IMG/VR virus record: IMGVR_UViG_3300038463_000401
Reading direction: 5' to 3' (one strand)
Origin: a virus
Length of the DNA stretch: 64,000 bases
Part shown: piece by piece, positions 37,836-47,504 of the stretch
Numbering within the stretch: position 1 is the stretch's first letter
Layout: each line of letters begins with the position of its first letter
Made by a program: the position numbers and the translations under genes
The notes under the pieces: generated by a model
What the model was told of the DNA's origin: nothing
What the model saw: the letters and a program-made list of their open reading frames with translations, nothing else
The model's database searches: none

Positions 37836-37867
37836 AGCAGGGGCCCAGTGGTTGGGCCCCTGCTTTG
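37836..37867 (+). terminator. Terminator after the capsid gene
   Basis: AGCAGGGGCCCA-GTGGT-TGGGCCCCTGCT followed by TTT. Confidence 0.7.
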
Positions 37868-37893
37868 AGGCTTCCAGTTTCTTGGAGAACACA

Positions 37894-38451
37894 ATGGCTC
37901 AGCATCAAGACCAAAAAAAGTATCTAGTCTATAATGAGACCCGCAAAGAAGCTCCGAAGTCCGGTCGTGATACCAGGACCACGGCGCAAAAGGTCGGGCA
38001 CTCATTGTCCTTCGTCGACCATACCGGTGTGAACCGGATACTAGTCGCTGGCGGCCGCCCCGTCATGGTTGATAAGGTCCCTCCGGGCCTCTTCGCTCTG
38101 GCGATGCCAGACGAGAACGGTGACGTCCATGTGCGCATCCGCGAAGTGGACAACATCGTCGAGGCGCTCAAAGAACACGCGGCCCCGGTACGTCAAGTCC
38201 CGGTGCGCCAAAAGGCATTCCCCGAGGGAGTGCCGCCAGTGGGCGTTAACCCACGGTCGCAGCCTGTCGGAGAACGTCAGGCGAAGGCTGTTGAAATGGG
38301 CCAAGATACGCACCAACAGCGTGGAGGCTCCGAACATGAAGGTGCAGTCAACCCGGACGGGGATCCGAACTTCCTAGTTCGCGCGCCGTCCGGTAACCAA
38401 CATGGCCGCCGCAGCCGTAAAAAGGATGGGGCGGTCAACCTGCAAGGATGA
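37894..38451 (+). CDS. Hypothetical protein of the head/neck region
   Basis: RBS ggagaacac before ATG 37894. Confidence 0.6.
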   Translation: MAQHQDQKKYLVYNETRKEAPKSGRDTRTTAQKVGHSLSFVDHTGVNRILVAGGRPVMVDKVPPGLFALAMPDENGDVHVRIREVDNIVEALKEHAAPVRQVPVRQKAFPEGVPPVGVNPRSQPVGERQAKAVEMGQDTHQQRGGSEHEGAVNPDGDPNFLVRAPSGNQHGRRSRKKDGAVNLQG

Positions 38452-38454
38452 TCG

Positions 38455-38922
38455 ATGTTCCAGGATGAACATGCCCGTAAGCGCAACGAGAAGGCGAAGA
38501 GATATCTTCGCCTTTTTATGCGAGACACGCCCGCAACCAACCGACTAATCCGCAGGGAAGAGTCGGATGACGATATGATGCAGTTCGCTATCGACATGGC
38601 GATCTCCGACTGGAATGCCACGACACCGCCTATTCAACCGGTAACGATCGGCAACTTCCCCAGCCTCTACCTGCTTTTGCATGGCGCGGCCGTCCAGCTC
38701 TTAAAGAGTGAAGGCCTCGTGCAGTCGCGCAACGAGCTGAACTACTCCGCCGGCGGGTCGTCGTTCATTCGTTCGAACAAGACTAACTACTACATGCAGT
38801 GGATGACGAACTTTGCGAACGAGTGGGAGACGAAGAAGCGGAATCTCAAGATCGCGCAGAACATTGGGCGCGGCTGGGGCGGCGTGAGTTCGGAATATGA
38901 CCAGCTCGGCTATAGTTGGTGA
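38455..38922 (+). CDS. Putative head-tail adaptor (neck) protein
   Basis: AIDMAISDWNATTPP...LLLHGA...SRNELNYS; position between capsid and tail genes. Confidence 0.65.
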   Translation: MFQDEHARKRNEKAKRYLRLFMRDTPATNRLIRREESDDDMMQFAIDMAISDWNATTPPIQPVTIGNFPSLYLLLHGAAVQLLKSEGLVQSRNELNYSAGGSSFIRSNKTNYYMQWMTNFANEWETKKRNLKIAQNIGRGWGGVSSEYDQLGYSW

Positions 38923-38929
38923 GATATCA

Positions 38930-39538
38930 ATGAGTTATAGACAAAGAGGCAGAGCAAGTTACAACGGCCGCGGGCGCAGTCCTACGGGCTGCCCCCGCTG
39001 CGAGGGCTCTGCGCCTATGACTGAAACCTTGTATAAGGCCAATCTAGGGGTGTTAAAGCCGTGCTGCACAGAGTGCGAACCAGAAGTTTTAGCCAAGAAG
39101 CAGCGGGATGTGGCTCGGGTAGCCGCATGGCGAAAGAAGAAAGAAGATCTGAAAGAATATCGAGCCGCTGAAGCGAGAAAGTACAGGGCAGATCATCCTG
39201 AAACGGTTCAGGCTTATCAGCGGGAGTGGGCCGAGAAAAATAAAGACAAGCTGCGTGCATGCAGTCGGGACTGGCGCAAAGCCAATCCCTGGGCAGGTCG
39301 CGCAGCTGCCGCGCACCACCGCGCTCTAATCCGCCAGCGCACTGTAAAGTGGGCAGACAGGGAGGCTCTCAAAGCCTTTTACAAAGCTTGCCCCGAAGGT
39401 ATGGTTGTCGACCACATCATCCCGCTCAAAGGTAAAAATGTTTGCGGTCTCCATGTAGTCAACAACCTGCAATACTTGACCTTTGAAGATAACGGTAAGA
39501 AGAGCAACCACTTCGACCAAGAAAAGATCCGCGCATGA
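38930..39538 (+). CDS. Free-standing HNH endonuclease
   Basis: VDHIIPLKGKNVCGLHVVNNLQYL...N..KSN; N-terminal Cys pairs. Confidence 0.9.
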   Translation: MSYRQRGRASYNGRGRSPTGCPRCEGSAPMTETLYKANLGVLKPCCTECEPEVLAKKQRDVARVAAWRKKKEDLKEYRAAEARKYRADHPETVQAYQREWAEKNKDKLRACSRDWRKANPWAGRAAAAHHRALIRQRTVKWADREALKAFYKACPEGMVVDHIIPLKGKNVCGLHVVNNLQYLTFEDNGKKSNHFDQEKIRA

Positions 39539-39774
39539 CCCTCGACCTCCATTTCTGGCGCGGCTTCACCAAAAGAGCCGAGATCCTCTCGGACTTCTCC
39601 GGCGATGGCAACGACCGCTGCTCTGAGCTTAAGTCCCACCACCCCTTGACCAGCATGATGTTTCGCACCGACGACGGCCCGGATCTTGGCAAGAGGTTTG
39701 TGACAACCGGAGGGCCTAGACTGGATGCGTTGACGATCCACGACCGCGAGCACCCGACTGGAGGTATGGCATGA
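39535..39774 (+). CDS. Small FWxGFxKxA-motif protein
   Basis: MTLDLHFWRGFTKRAE. Confidence 0.7.
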   Translation: MTLDLHFWRGFTKRAEILSDFSGDGNDRCSELKSHHPLTSMMFRTDDGPDLGKRFVTTGGPRLDALTIHDREHPTGGMA

Positions 39775-39962
39775 GCAGCTTCTGGGCAGGCTTCGAGAAA
39801 CGCGCCGCCGAGGTCATGGACGACACCTCGTTCTCCCAAACACCGATCACTCCGCGCCAGACTACCTTCATGACCGACATGGGCACGGCTTCCAAGAAGC
39901 GCAGCAGCGAGCATATAAAGTACGAAGACAACTACAGCACCACTGGTGCTTTTGGGTACTAA
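39771..39962 (+). CDS. Small FWxGFEKxA-motif protein
   Basis: MSSFWAGFEKRAAE. Confidence 0.7.
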   Translation: MSSFWAGFEKRAAEVMDDTSFSQTPITPRQTTFMTDMGTASKKRSSEHIKYEDNYSTTGAFGY

Positions 39963-40829
39963 ATGGCGGGTAAGCTAAAAGACATTCGTTTCGAACCGCT
40001 CAGCGTGCAAGTGCTGAGCATTCAGCACGTCTCGCGTGTGCTCATCGAATGGAACATCCGCAGGACTGCCCAGAACCTGAATAATCTCGTCTATTTCATA
40101 GACAGAGGCGAGAGCCCTTCAGAGATGAAGCAGCTCAACACCGTAGGCATCGGTGGCTACGCCATCTACCAGTTCGTTGACTACACGGCACAGCTCTTCG
40201 ATCTCTCAAAGGTCTATTACTACCGCGTGCGTGCCGTGGAGATGCAGTCCGGCGTCCCCGTGCAGACGTTCTACTCGGAGCACTCCACCTGGCAGGGTAA
40301 CCTTGACCTGGTCGGCCTGTATGTGGTCGAGGAGCACCTGTTCCTTGAACGGTTCGTGGCCGGCGTCCCCGTCATGATCTTCAAGAAGCGGCGCGAGGGC
40401 GCTAAGTGCCCTGAGTGCTGGGATCCTATCCTGCATAGGGTGACCAAGAGCAGCTGCACGACCTGCTACGGCACGGGGAAGTTGGGGGGCTACTACCCGC
40501 CGATCGAAGGCTGGATGCTTGTCGAGCCGGATCCTAAGATGGCCCAGGTTGCCGAGTGGGGCCGCTCTCAGCCCAACCAGACAGATCTCCAGTTCACAAA
40601 CTACCCGCTCCTAGTGGATGATGACGTTATCGTCGAGATGAAGTCCGACAAGCGGTGGAAGATATCGAACACGCGCAAGGCGGAGAAGAACCGGTCGACG
40701 ATGCTGCAGATCTTCCGGGTGTCCGCGGTGAACCCGACGGACATTGAATACAAGGTTTATGTACCTGAGGATCGGCGCGCGGAACTGGTCAAAGAGCTTG
40801 AGGAGCGTAACCGTGAGCGGGAGTTCTAA
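39963..40829 (+). CDS. Putative head-closure/neck protein with Zn-finger
   Basis: CPECWD...CTTCYGTGKLGGY; N-terminal Fn3-like YYYRVRAV. Confidence 0.65.
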   Translation: MAGKLKDIRFEPLSVQVLSIQHVSRVLIEWNIRRTAQNLNNLVYFIDRGESPSEMKQLNTVGIGGYAIYQFVDYTAQLFDLSKVYYYRVRAVEMQSGVPVQTFYSEHSTWQGNLDLVGLYVVEEHLFLERFVAGVPVMIFKKRREGAKCPECWDPILHRVTKSSCTTCYGTGKLGGYYPPIEGWMLVEPDPKMAQVAEWGRSQPNQTDLQFTNYPLLVDDDVIVEMKSDKRWKISNTRKAEKNRSTMLQIFRVSAVNPTDIEYKVYVPEDRRAELVKELEERNREREF

Positions 40830-41097
40830 CTTCTGGGCAGGCTTCGAGAAGCGCGCTGCTAGCATGTCCGGCATTCCGGGTATGCAGTCCGGCGCGTCTC
40901 GCCTGGGTACCACCACGGTGCCTAAGCCCGGGATCACGTCCGTGCCCAAGGCCGCCAAGCTAGCTCTGCCAACACCTAAGCCCATCGCGCCCACGACCAC
41001 GGCCGCCGTATTGCCGAAGGCCCCTTCCCCAACGAAGGTGCATGTCCCCAAGCCGACGGTGCAAGCTGGCGCTGGCGTGTCGAGCATGGCTATATGA
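40813..41097 (+). CDS. Small FWxGFEKxA-motif Pro-rich protein
   Basis: GTG start behind gaggag; MSGSSNFWAGFEKRAAS. Confidence 0.65.
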   Translation: MSGSSNFWAGFEKRAASMSGIPGMQSGASRLGTTTVPKPGITSVPKAAKLALPTPKPIAPTTTAAVLPKAPSPTKVHVPKPTVQAGAGVSSMAI

Positions 41098-41246
41098 GTA
41101 AGACCAGTGATATTGTAAAAGAATTGCCTGGGGTGGTTGTCCATAAGTCCGTCAAAGACGCGTTTCGCGCTATCTCGGGCGAGCTTGAAAAGAAACACAT
41201 TGCCGTCCTGAAGGCGAACAAGAATGGGCAAAAGCGGCGGAAGTGA
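41094..41246 (+). CDS. 50-aa basic protein (below ORF-track length cutoff)
   Basis: MSKTSDIVKELPGVVVHKSVKDAFRAISGELEKKH; overlaps at both ends. Confidence 0.5.
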   Translation: MSKTSDIVKELPGVVVHKSVKDAFRAISGELEKKHIAVLKANKNGQKRRK

Positions 41247-41889
41247 CATCGTAAACGGGGTCTATGGCGGTGGCGCCATCCGGCGGCGCTCTATAGACAA
41301 GGGCGAGCTGATCCCCAATGCCGCTATCTTTCTGAAGCGAACCACGTTAGAATTCCTCCAGATTATTTTTTCTACGAGAGCCCCCGGCTCACTCCATTAC
41401 GATGGAACGGATGACACAAGCAGCGAGATCCAGATCACCGATGTCCATGCAGTTGACCTAGACACCGCGAGTGCTAGGCCTGCAATCATCGCTGTTAGGG
41501 GTCCACTCAGTTGGCAAGGACTCGGTCTGGGGGGCGGCGCTGTAGAGCACCGCGAAATGTCAACTGGGAAGCACACTTTCAACGACCTGCTCACCGGATC
41601 AGTGGCTTTCTCTTGCATTAGTCGTGAAGGCATCGAAGCGGAACAGATTGGGCACCTAGTGTTCAACTCGTTCAAGTTCTTTCGACCCACCCTTCAAAAA
41701 GCTGGTTTCTTTACTATCAAAAGCCTAAGCATCGGTGCAGAAGCGTTGATCGAACAGGAAGGATCGGATGACCGCACAACGGTTGTACCGGTCTTTTTGA
41801 CCGCGCAGATCCAGGATCGATGGACCCTGAATGACGAGGCGGCAAAGAAGCTGAAGAACATTGTAATCTCGATCATGACCAACCCTTAG
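41224..41889 (+). CDS. Putative tail terminator/completion protein
   Basis: Directly upstream of the sheath gene; RPAIIAVRGP...SVAFSCIS...EAEQI. Confidence 0.6.
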   Translation: MGKSGGSDIVNGVYGGGAIRRRSIDKGELIPNAAIFLKRTTLEFLQIIFSTRAPGSLHYDGTDDTSSEIQITDVHAVDLDTASARPAIIAVRGPLSWQGLGLGGGAVEHREMSTGKHTFNDLLTGSVAFSCISREGIEAEQIGHLVFNSFKFFRPTLQKAGFFTIKSLSIGAEALIEQEGSDDRTTVVPVFLTAQIQDRWTLNDEAAKKLKNIVISIMTNP

Positions 41890-41899
41890 GAGCGAACCG

Positions 41900-44365
41900 A
41901 TGGCTTACCGGAGACCCGGGGTAACTGTTACCCAACAATTTGCGAACTTGGCGCCGGCGCTTGCTGCGTTCAGCTTGCCTAGCGTTACTGTCGGCCCGGC
42001 CTACCAGCTTGTCGCTAACGACGCGATGGGCAGCTACGCCGCGGCGCTGCATACCTACGGCTACCCGTCGCTTCTCGGCGGCGCGACGGTCGACACCGCG
42101 CTGGCCAACCCGAACGAGCCATTCCCGGCCACCAAGTTGCCGATCCAAGTCACATTGGGCAATGCGGTTGCCCAGATCGTCGCCCCTGCGACCACCGGTG
42201 CTGGCAGCGGCATGGCGTTCAGCGACGCGACGTCGAACATCTTCCAGTACGTGCTGCCGGGTGACCTCGTCGTCATCACCGAGGCCACGGGCGTCTCCAT
42301 CGTGGCCGCGCAAACCAATGGCCAGTCGTTCATGACTGCGGGCCTCCAGAATCGCTTGCAAGCGGGCACGCCTGGTCAATTCGCCAACGTGCAAGTTGGT
42401 GACAGTGTCGTTGTGACTGGCGCATCGCCGGCCGTTGCTGGCACCGTCACCGTTACGGCGAAGGCGCCGAACGACCTCTTGCTGCTCAGCGCCAACATCA
42501 ATGACGGCACAGCGGATTCGTCCGCGGTCAACTATTCCATCACTGGCACGCGCGGCGCGACCAATGCCGGCTCATATACCGTTAAGACGGTGACCGACGC
42601 CAATGACCTCGTGTTCACGAGCCCGCTGCCGCAAGCGCAAGAAGCGCCGCTCAGCTACTCTGTCAACCGCAGCGTCGGCTCCGTCGTTCTGAATCCGCTG
42701 GCCTCGCCAGGCAACGGTTTTACGGCGACGACCTCCGGCGTTACACTGCCGGCCGACCTAACTGTGACGCTTGGCCTCAACACCTTCCCGCTCGTCTCCG
42801 GCGCGGTGTCCGCGAACTACCGCGCGCTCCGCACAGATATGGCCGCGAATGTGAGGGAGTACACGGACCTAGCCGACATCACGGCCGCCTTTGGCCAAAA
42901 CCAGATCACCCCGCAAAACCCGCTGGCCTACGGCTTGTCGATCATGTTGCAAAACACGGTCACGCCCGTAAACGGTCTTGGCCTTGACGCCAATGCGGTC
43001 ACGAACGAGACGCTATCCTACACGAACGCGTCGGAAGTCCTGGGCCTCACCCAGATGTACGCGATTGCGCTGCTCTCGCAAACGCCGACGGTCCACCAAC
43101 TCTTCCACACCCACGTGGACCAGTTCTCTGCCCCCGCGATGGGCCTGGAGCGGGTGGCAATCTTCAACTCGCAGCTGCAAACCATCGCCATCCTCCAAGC
43201 GGAAGAGACCACGGTCCTTACGCTCAACGGATCGCGTATCCTCGTCAACACCCAGGTTGACGGCGTGGCCGCGTTTGCCAGCCCAACGCACCTCAATGAC
43301 CCTACATCGGGCCAGTTCACCAATGTGCAACCTGGCGACTCGGTCGTGGTCCAAGCGGGCACGAATTCAATCCCCGGCACGTACACAGTGGTGACGAAGA
43401 CTGACAACAACAACTTGGTGTTGTCGGGCAGCATCATCTCGTCGGGCTCGTCGGCGGACTTCCAGTACTACATCGTCCGTCTTGACGGCCTTGGCGCCGA
43501 CGGCATAACGCTGTATGACCGCAACGCGGCATTCCTCGACAACGGCGTGGCCGCTGGTCACTATGTGACGATCGAGGCTGGCACATACAACGGCCGGTAC
43601 CCTGTCGGCTCAGTGGTGTCCAACACCGAGCTCTTGCTAGGAACCGCGATCCCCGGCGTGGCCTCGCTCGTCACGGCGGTCGACTACCAAGTTGACCGTA
43701 ACCTGCAAAAGAACGAACAAGCGGCGTTGGTCGCTGGCTATAGCTCGAGCTTCGCGGATCGCCGCATGGTCCATGTCTGGCCGGACGTCCTCCAAGTCCC
43801 GTCAGGCCAAAACATCGTGAACGTCCCCGGCTTCTATGCGGCTTGCGCAATCGCGGCGTTGACCACGGGCCTCCCGACCCAGCAGGGCTTCACGAACCTG
43901 TCGTTCTCCGGCTTCCTCGGCCTGCTGCACAGCACGGGTTATTTCAGCCCGACCGACCTCGATACGATCGCGGGCGGCGGTACGATGATCATGGCTCAAG
44001 ACGGCCCGCAGCAAGCGCTGTACGTCCGCCACGAACTCACGACCGACACCTCGTCGATCAAGTTCCAAGAGTACATGGTCACGAAGAACGTCGACTTCAT
44101 CGCGAAGTTCCTTCGCACCACGTTCAAGCCGTACATCGGCTTGTACAACATCGTCCAGTCGACGCTGGACACGCTCAAGACGACCGCGCAGGCTGCGCTC
44201 AAGTTCCTCAACGGCAACCCGTTGCCGAAGATCGGAAGCGTTATCATCAGCGGCACGCTGACGAGCATCGCCCAGGACTCAACGCAGATCGATACGGTCG
44301 ACATGGTGTTCACCTTGAACATCCCGATTCCGCTCAACGATCTTGACATCACTATCAACGTCTAA
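41900..44365 (+). CDS. Contractile tail sheath protein
   Basis: 821 aa; MAYRRPGVTV start; sheath-like C-terminus (QALYVRHELTTD...VTKNVDFIAKFLR...PLNDLDITI). Confidence 0.88.
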   Translation: MAYRRPGVTVTQQFANLAPALAAFSLPSVTVGPAYQLVANDAMGSYAAALHTYGYPSLLGGATVDTALANPNEPFPATKLPIQVTLGNAVAQIVAPATTGAGSGMAFSDATSNIFQYVLPGDLVVITEATGVSIVAAQTNGQSFMTAGLQNRLQAGTPGQFANVQVGDSVVVTGASPAVAGTVTVTAKAPNDLLLLSANINDGTADSSAVNYSITGTRGATNAGSYTVKTVTDANDLVFTSPLPQAQEAPLSYSVNRSVGSVVLNPLASPGNGFTATTSGVTLPADLTVTLGLNTFPLVSGAVSANYRALRTDMAANVREYTDLADITAAFGQNQITPQNPLAYGLSIMLQNTVTPVNGLGLDANAVTNETLSYTNASEVLGLTQMYAIALLSQTPTVHQLFHTHVDQFSAPAMGLERVAIFNSQLQTIAILQAEETTVLTLNGSRILVNTQVDGVAAFASPTHLNDPTSGQFTNVQPGDSVVVQAGTNSIPGTYTVVTKTDNNNLVLSGSIISSGSSADFQYYIVRLDGLGADGITLYDRNAAFLDNGVAAGHYVTIEAGTYNGRYPVGSVVSNTELLLGTAIPGVASLVTAVDYQVDRNLQKNEQAALVAGYSSSFADRRMVHVWPDVLQVPSGQNIVNVPGFYAACAIAALTTGLPTQQGFTNLSFSGFLGLLHSTGYFSPTDLDTIAGGGTMIMAQDGPQQALYVRHELTTDTSSIKFQEYMVTKNVDFIAKFLRTTFKPYIGLYNIVQSTLDTLKTTAQAALKFLNGNPLPKIGSVIISGTLTSIAQDSTQIDTVDMVFTLNIPIPLNDLDITINV

Positions 44366-44376
44366 GGGGTGAACTA

Positions 44377-45102
44377 ATGGCAGGGACAACCGACTTCACG
44401 ACGTGGGACTTTCACAACTACCACGTTCAGCAAGAGCTGACCGGCGGACAGTTTGTGAGCGCAGAAACCACGCTTATCGCGGCGGGCCCACCCGAGTTGT
44501 CCGATATCGGCGCTGGCGGCGCCGCGGGTGCTGGCACGGTTTACCCGATCGGTCTTTTGGAGTCCGTGGGCCTGCAGCAGAATAAGCAGCTCCAACGGAT
44601 CTTTGAAATCGGCTCAAGCCGCAGCTACTTCGTCCCCGGACGGAACATTGGCTCGCTGTCGATCGGCCGGACGTTTTACTTCGGCCCGTCGCTACTTCGC
44701 GTACTCTATGCCTACTATGCACAGAACGCGGCGTCGTCTCAGACCGGTGCGGACAACTTCGTCCTTGGTGGGGCGGCCGCGACGGCGATCACTGAAGACG
44801 GGAACACCCTCACCCCGAATCCTTATGACGTCCTGCTGCCTGGCTATGGTTCTGGCCTGCACACCGTCGTCCGCTCGCCAGGCGAAGGCTACTTCTGGAT
44901 CGACCTGGCGTCGGACATCTTCGCCCAGCCTACGGGTATGGCGATATACTTCAAGGACTCGAACGACCTCAGCCTTGGCGCGGTGTACCTGGAAAACTGC
45001 TATGTCCAGGGCCACCAGATGAACATCTCGAGCGGTTCTGTGCTTGTCATGGAAGGCGCGTCGATGCAGTATGATCAGCTGAGGCCGATCAAGGTCCTCT
45101 GA
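44377..45102 (+). CDS. Tail tube protein
   Basis: Follows the sheath gene; QQNKQLQRIFEIGS..SYFVPGR..GSLSIGR, YLENCY. Confidence 0.8.
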   Translation: MAGTTDFTTWDFHNYHVQQELTGGQFVSAETTLIAAGPPELSDIGAGGAAGAGTVYPIGLLESVGLQQNKQLQRIFEIGSSRSYFVPGRNIGSLSIGRTFYFGPSLLRVLYAYYAQNAASSQTGADNFVLGGAAATAITEDGNTLTPNPYDVLLPGYGSGLHTVVRSPGEGYFWIDLASDIFAQPTGMAIYFKDSNDLSLGAVYLENCYVQGHQMNISSGSVLVMEGASMQYDQLRPIKVL

Positions 45103-45113
45103 GGTAACCCAGA

Positions 45114-45296
45114 ATGACCGGTTCTTTCTGGAATGGATTTGAGAAGCGGGCTAGTGCGGTGACAGAAGGCGTAAAAGCCTTCGGCCGCAAAGCCCGTCTT
45201 TTTAGTCAAGGAGCCCTCACCGGAGCCGCGGCGGTAGGCGCTGGCGTGGGGCTCCATCATGCTGCCCAGACGCCTACCATGCAGCCAGTGGGTTGA
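45114..45296 (+). CDS. Small FWxGFEKxA-motif protein with Gly/Ala hydrophobic tail
   Basis: MTGSFWNGFEKRAS...GAAAVGAGVGL. Confidence 0.7.
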   Translation: MTGSFWNGFEKRASAVTEGVKAFGRKARLFSQGALTGAAAVGAGVGLHHAAQTPTMQPVG

Positions 45297-45298
45297 CC

Positions 45299-46732
45299 GT
45301 GGATAGCTTCTGGTCGGGGTTTGAGAAGGCCGCGGCTCTGAGAGCTACGACGGCCCTCGAACCGCACCAGGAGCGTGTTAAGCGTCGGCTGGAGAAGAAG
45401 CCAGGGCTGCTTGTTTACCATGGGCTTGGCTCGGGCAAGACTCTATCGAGTCTGGCCGCGACGCAGGGCATGAAGACTGACGTGGTCGTTCCGGCGAGCT
45501 TGCGTAACAACTACCGCAAGGAAGTTGAGAAGCATACGACGGGCTTCAAGCCGAACGTCATGAGCTACGAAGGCGCCACCAAGACAGGGCCAACACCTGG
45601 CAGCAAGGCGCTCGTCGTGGACGAAGCGCATAACCTAGGGGATACCCAGTCCAAGAGGACACAGGCAATGCTTGCGCAGGCGCCCGCATATCAGCGGCGT
45701 ATGCTCCTGACTGGGACGCCTATCAAAAACCGGCCGAGCGAGCTCGCGCCGCTTTTGCGGATGGTTCGCGGGGACAGCGCAGTCCCGCTAGACCCTAAAG
45801 CGTTTGACGCTCGCTTCGTAGAAGAGAGAGCCCATAAGCCAGGGTTCTTCGCTAAAGTGCTGCATGGCGCAAAGCCAGGCGTTACCTACCACATGAAGAA
45901 CAAGAAGGAATTCTCAGACCTCGTCAAAGGCTATGTGGATTTTTACGAACCGGATAAAGCGCACTTCCCCTCAGTCAGCCATGAGACGATTGAGGTGCCT
46001 CTTAATAAAGAGCAAAACGAGTACAACTCGTATCTTTTAGGTAAAGCCGGGCCTGCGCTGCGGTGGAAGATCAAGTCGGGGATGCCGCCATCTAAGCGCG
46101 AGGCTGCTCAACTTAACGCCTTCCTTAGCGGTGCCCGACAAGTTGGCAACTCAACTAAAGCCTTTGGCGGTAGTGGAGTTTCCCCCAAGTTTCAGCGAGC
46201 TCTGACCGAGTTGGAAGAACGTAATAATCAAAACCCGAATTTTAGAGGCCTAGTCTATTCAAATTATTTGGGCTCAGGTGTCAAGCAGTATGCTGAGGAA
46301 CTAGACAAACGCGGCATCAGTAATCGTTTGTTCACCGGCTCTCTTTCTGACAAAGAGAGAAGGCAGGCAGTAGAAGACTATAACAATGGCAAGGTGAAAG
46401 TCCTTCTTATCTCTGGGGCAGGCGCGCATGGCTTGGACCTCAAGGGCACTCGCTTAGTCCAGCTCATGGAGAGTGCATGGCACCAACCAAAGCTAGAACA
46501 GGCCGCCGGGCGCGCGATTAGGTTCAAGTCACACGAGCATCTACCGCCAGATCAGAGGCATGTAGAAGTACAACAGTACCTGTCCTCCCAGCCAAAGACG
46601 TTGATGAACAAGTTGTTGAAGACAAAACAAGACTTGAGCGCTGATCAGTATTTGAATAGGCTTAGCCAAGAGAAAGCCCGCACCAACGAAGAGTTCCTGA
46701 GTGTGTTGCGGGCGGAGGGGCAGCGTGAGTAG
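45299..46732 (+). CDS. SNF2/NPH-I-like superfamily 2 helicase with N-terminal FWxGFEKxA tag
   Basis: MDSFWSGFEKAAA; HGLGSGKT, VVDEAHN, LTGTPIKN, GAHGLDLKG, QAAGRAIR. Confidence 0.9.
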   Translation: MDSFWSGFEKAAALRATTALEPHQERVKRRLEKKPGLLVYHGLGSGKTLSSLAATQGMKTDVVVPASLRNNYRKEVEKHTTGFKPNVMSYEGATKTGPTPGSKALVVDEAHNLGDTQSKRTQAMLAQAPAYQRRMLLTGTPIKNRPSELAPLLRMVRGDSAVPLDPKAFDARFVEERAHKPGFFAKVLHGAKPGVTYHMKNKKEFSDLVKGYVDFYEPDKAHFPSVSHETIEVPLNKEQNEYNSYLLGKAGPALRWKIKSGMPPSKREAAQLNAFLSGARQVGNSTKAFGGSGVSPKFQRALTELEERNNQNPNFRGLVYSNYLGSGVKQYAEELDKRGISNRLFTGSLSDKERRQAVEDYNNGKVKVLLISGAGAHGLDLKGTRLVQLMESAWHQPKLEQAAGRAIRFKSHEHLPPDQRHVEVQQYLSSQPKTLMNKLLKTKQDLSADQYLNRLSQEKARTNEEFLSVLRAEGQRE

Positions 46733-47504
46733 AGAGATTCCGCTTACGCAGGGTAAAGTCGCTATTGTAGATGATTGCGACTATCCGCGAGCATCCAAAT
46801 TTAATTGGTCTCTAGCAGAGCGACGCGGCAAGCTTTACGCTATACGCACAACAGCTGCAGAAGGAAAAACCGAACGAGTTTATCTTCACCGCTATTTATT
46901 GGACGCGGCCCAAGGCGCTCAAGTAGATCACCGAGATGGGGACGGTCTTAATAATAGACGAGACAATATTAGATTAGCCACCCCACTTCAAAACGTCCGC
47001 AATCGTCGCAAAGGCGACAGTGGCTGTACAGCCAGCAGGTATAAAGGCGTCTTTCTACAAGCAAGGCACAAGCATCTAAATAAACCATGGTTTGCTCGGA
47101 TTGGCCTGGAAGGGGGTCACCTCAATTTAGGGAGTTACCACTCCCAGGAAGAGGCAGCTCTCGCCTATAATGCTGCGGCGATCAAGTACTTTGGTGAGTT
47201 TGCCTGCCTTAACGTTGTCTACGGACCTCCCAAGCCCTACATCCCCGAAAATCTCCATATAGCCGGTATCTGGGGGCAGGGTAAACGTCGCCTTAACCAG
47301 ACCAGCTCATCCTATAAGGGTGTTTCTTTTGTAAAAATATCCAAAGCACGCCCGTGGATGAGCTATCTTAACTGCAGGGGCAAGAGATATTTACTGGGCC
47401 GATACGCTACTGAAGTTGAAGCCGCTTTAGCGTACAATGAAGCTGCTAAGAAGCATTTCGGCGAGTTTGCTCGCCTCAACATCATCGAGGGGGTGTCACC
47501 ATGA
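46725..47504 (+). CDS. HNH endonuclease with two AP2 DNA-binding domains
   Basis: YLHR...VDHRDGDGLNNRRDNIR; two YKGV...W.A...LG.Y...EAALAYN..A.K.FGEFA.LN repeats. Confidence 0.92.
   Translation: MSREIPLTQGKVAIVDDCDYPRASKFNWSLAERRGKLYAIRTTAAEGKTERVYLHRYLLDAAQGAQVDHRDGDGLNNRRDNIRLATPLQNVRNRRKGDSGCTASRYKGVFLQARHKHLNKPWFARIGLEGGHLNLGSYHSQEEAALAYNAAAIKYFGEFACLNVVYGPPKPYIPENLHIAGIWGQGKRRLNQTSSSYKGVSFVKISKARPWMSYLNCRGKRYLLGRYATEVEAALAYNEAAKKHFGEFARLNIIEGVSP

Noticed and set aside
29022-44595. Long antisense ORFs in the structural module (e.g. 34262-34978, 36852-37787, 31616-31933, 40611-41249)
   Set aside because: They are shadows of GC-rich, strongly codon-biased + strand genes, with no RBS or recognisable motifs.
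44365-45300. Tail assembly chaperone with programmed frameshift after the tube gene
   Set aside because: The tube gene is followed by tagged ORFs and a helicase; no slippery sequence or tape measure gene is present.
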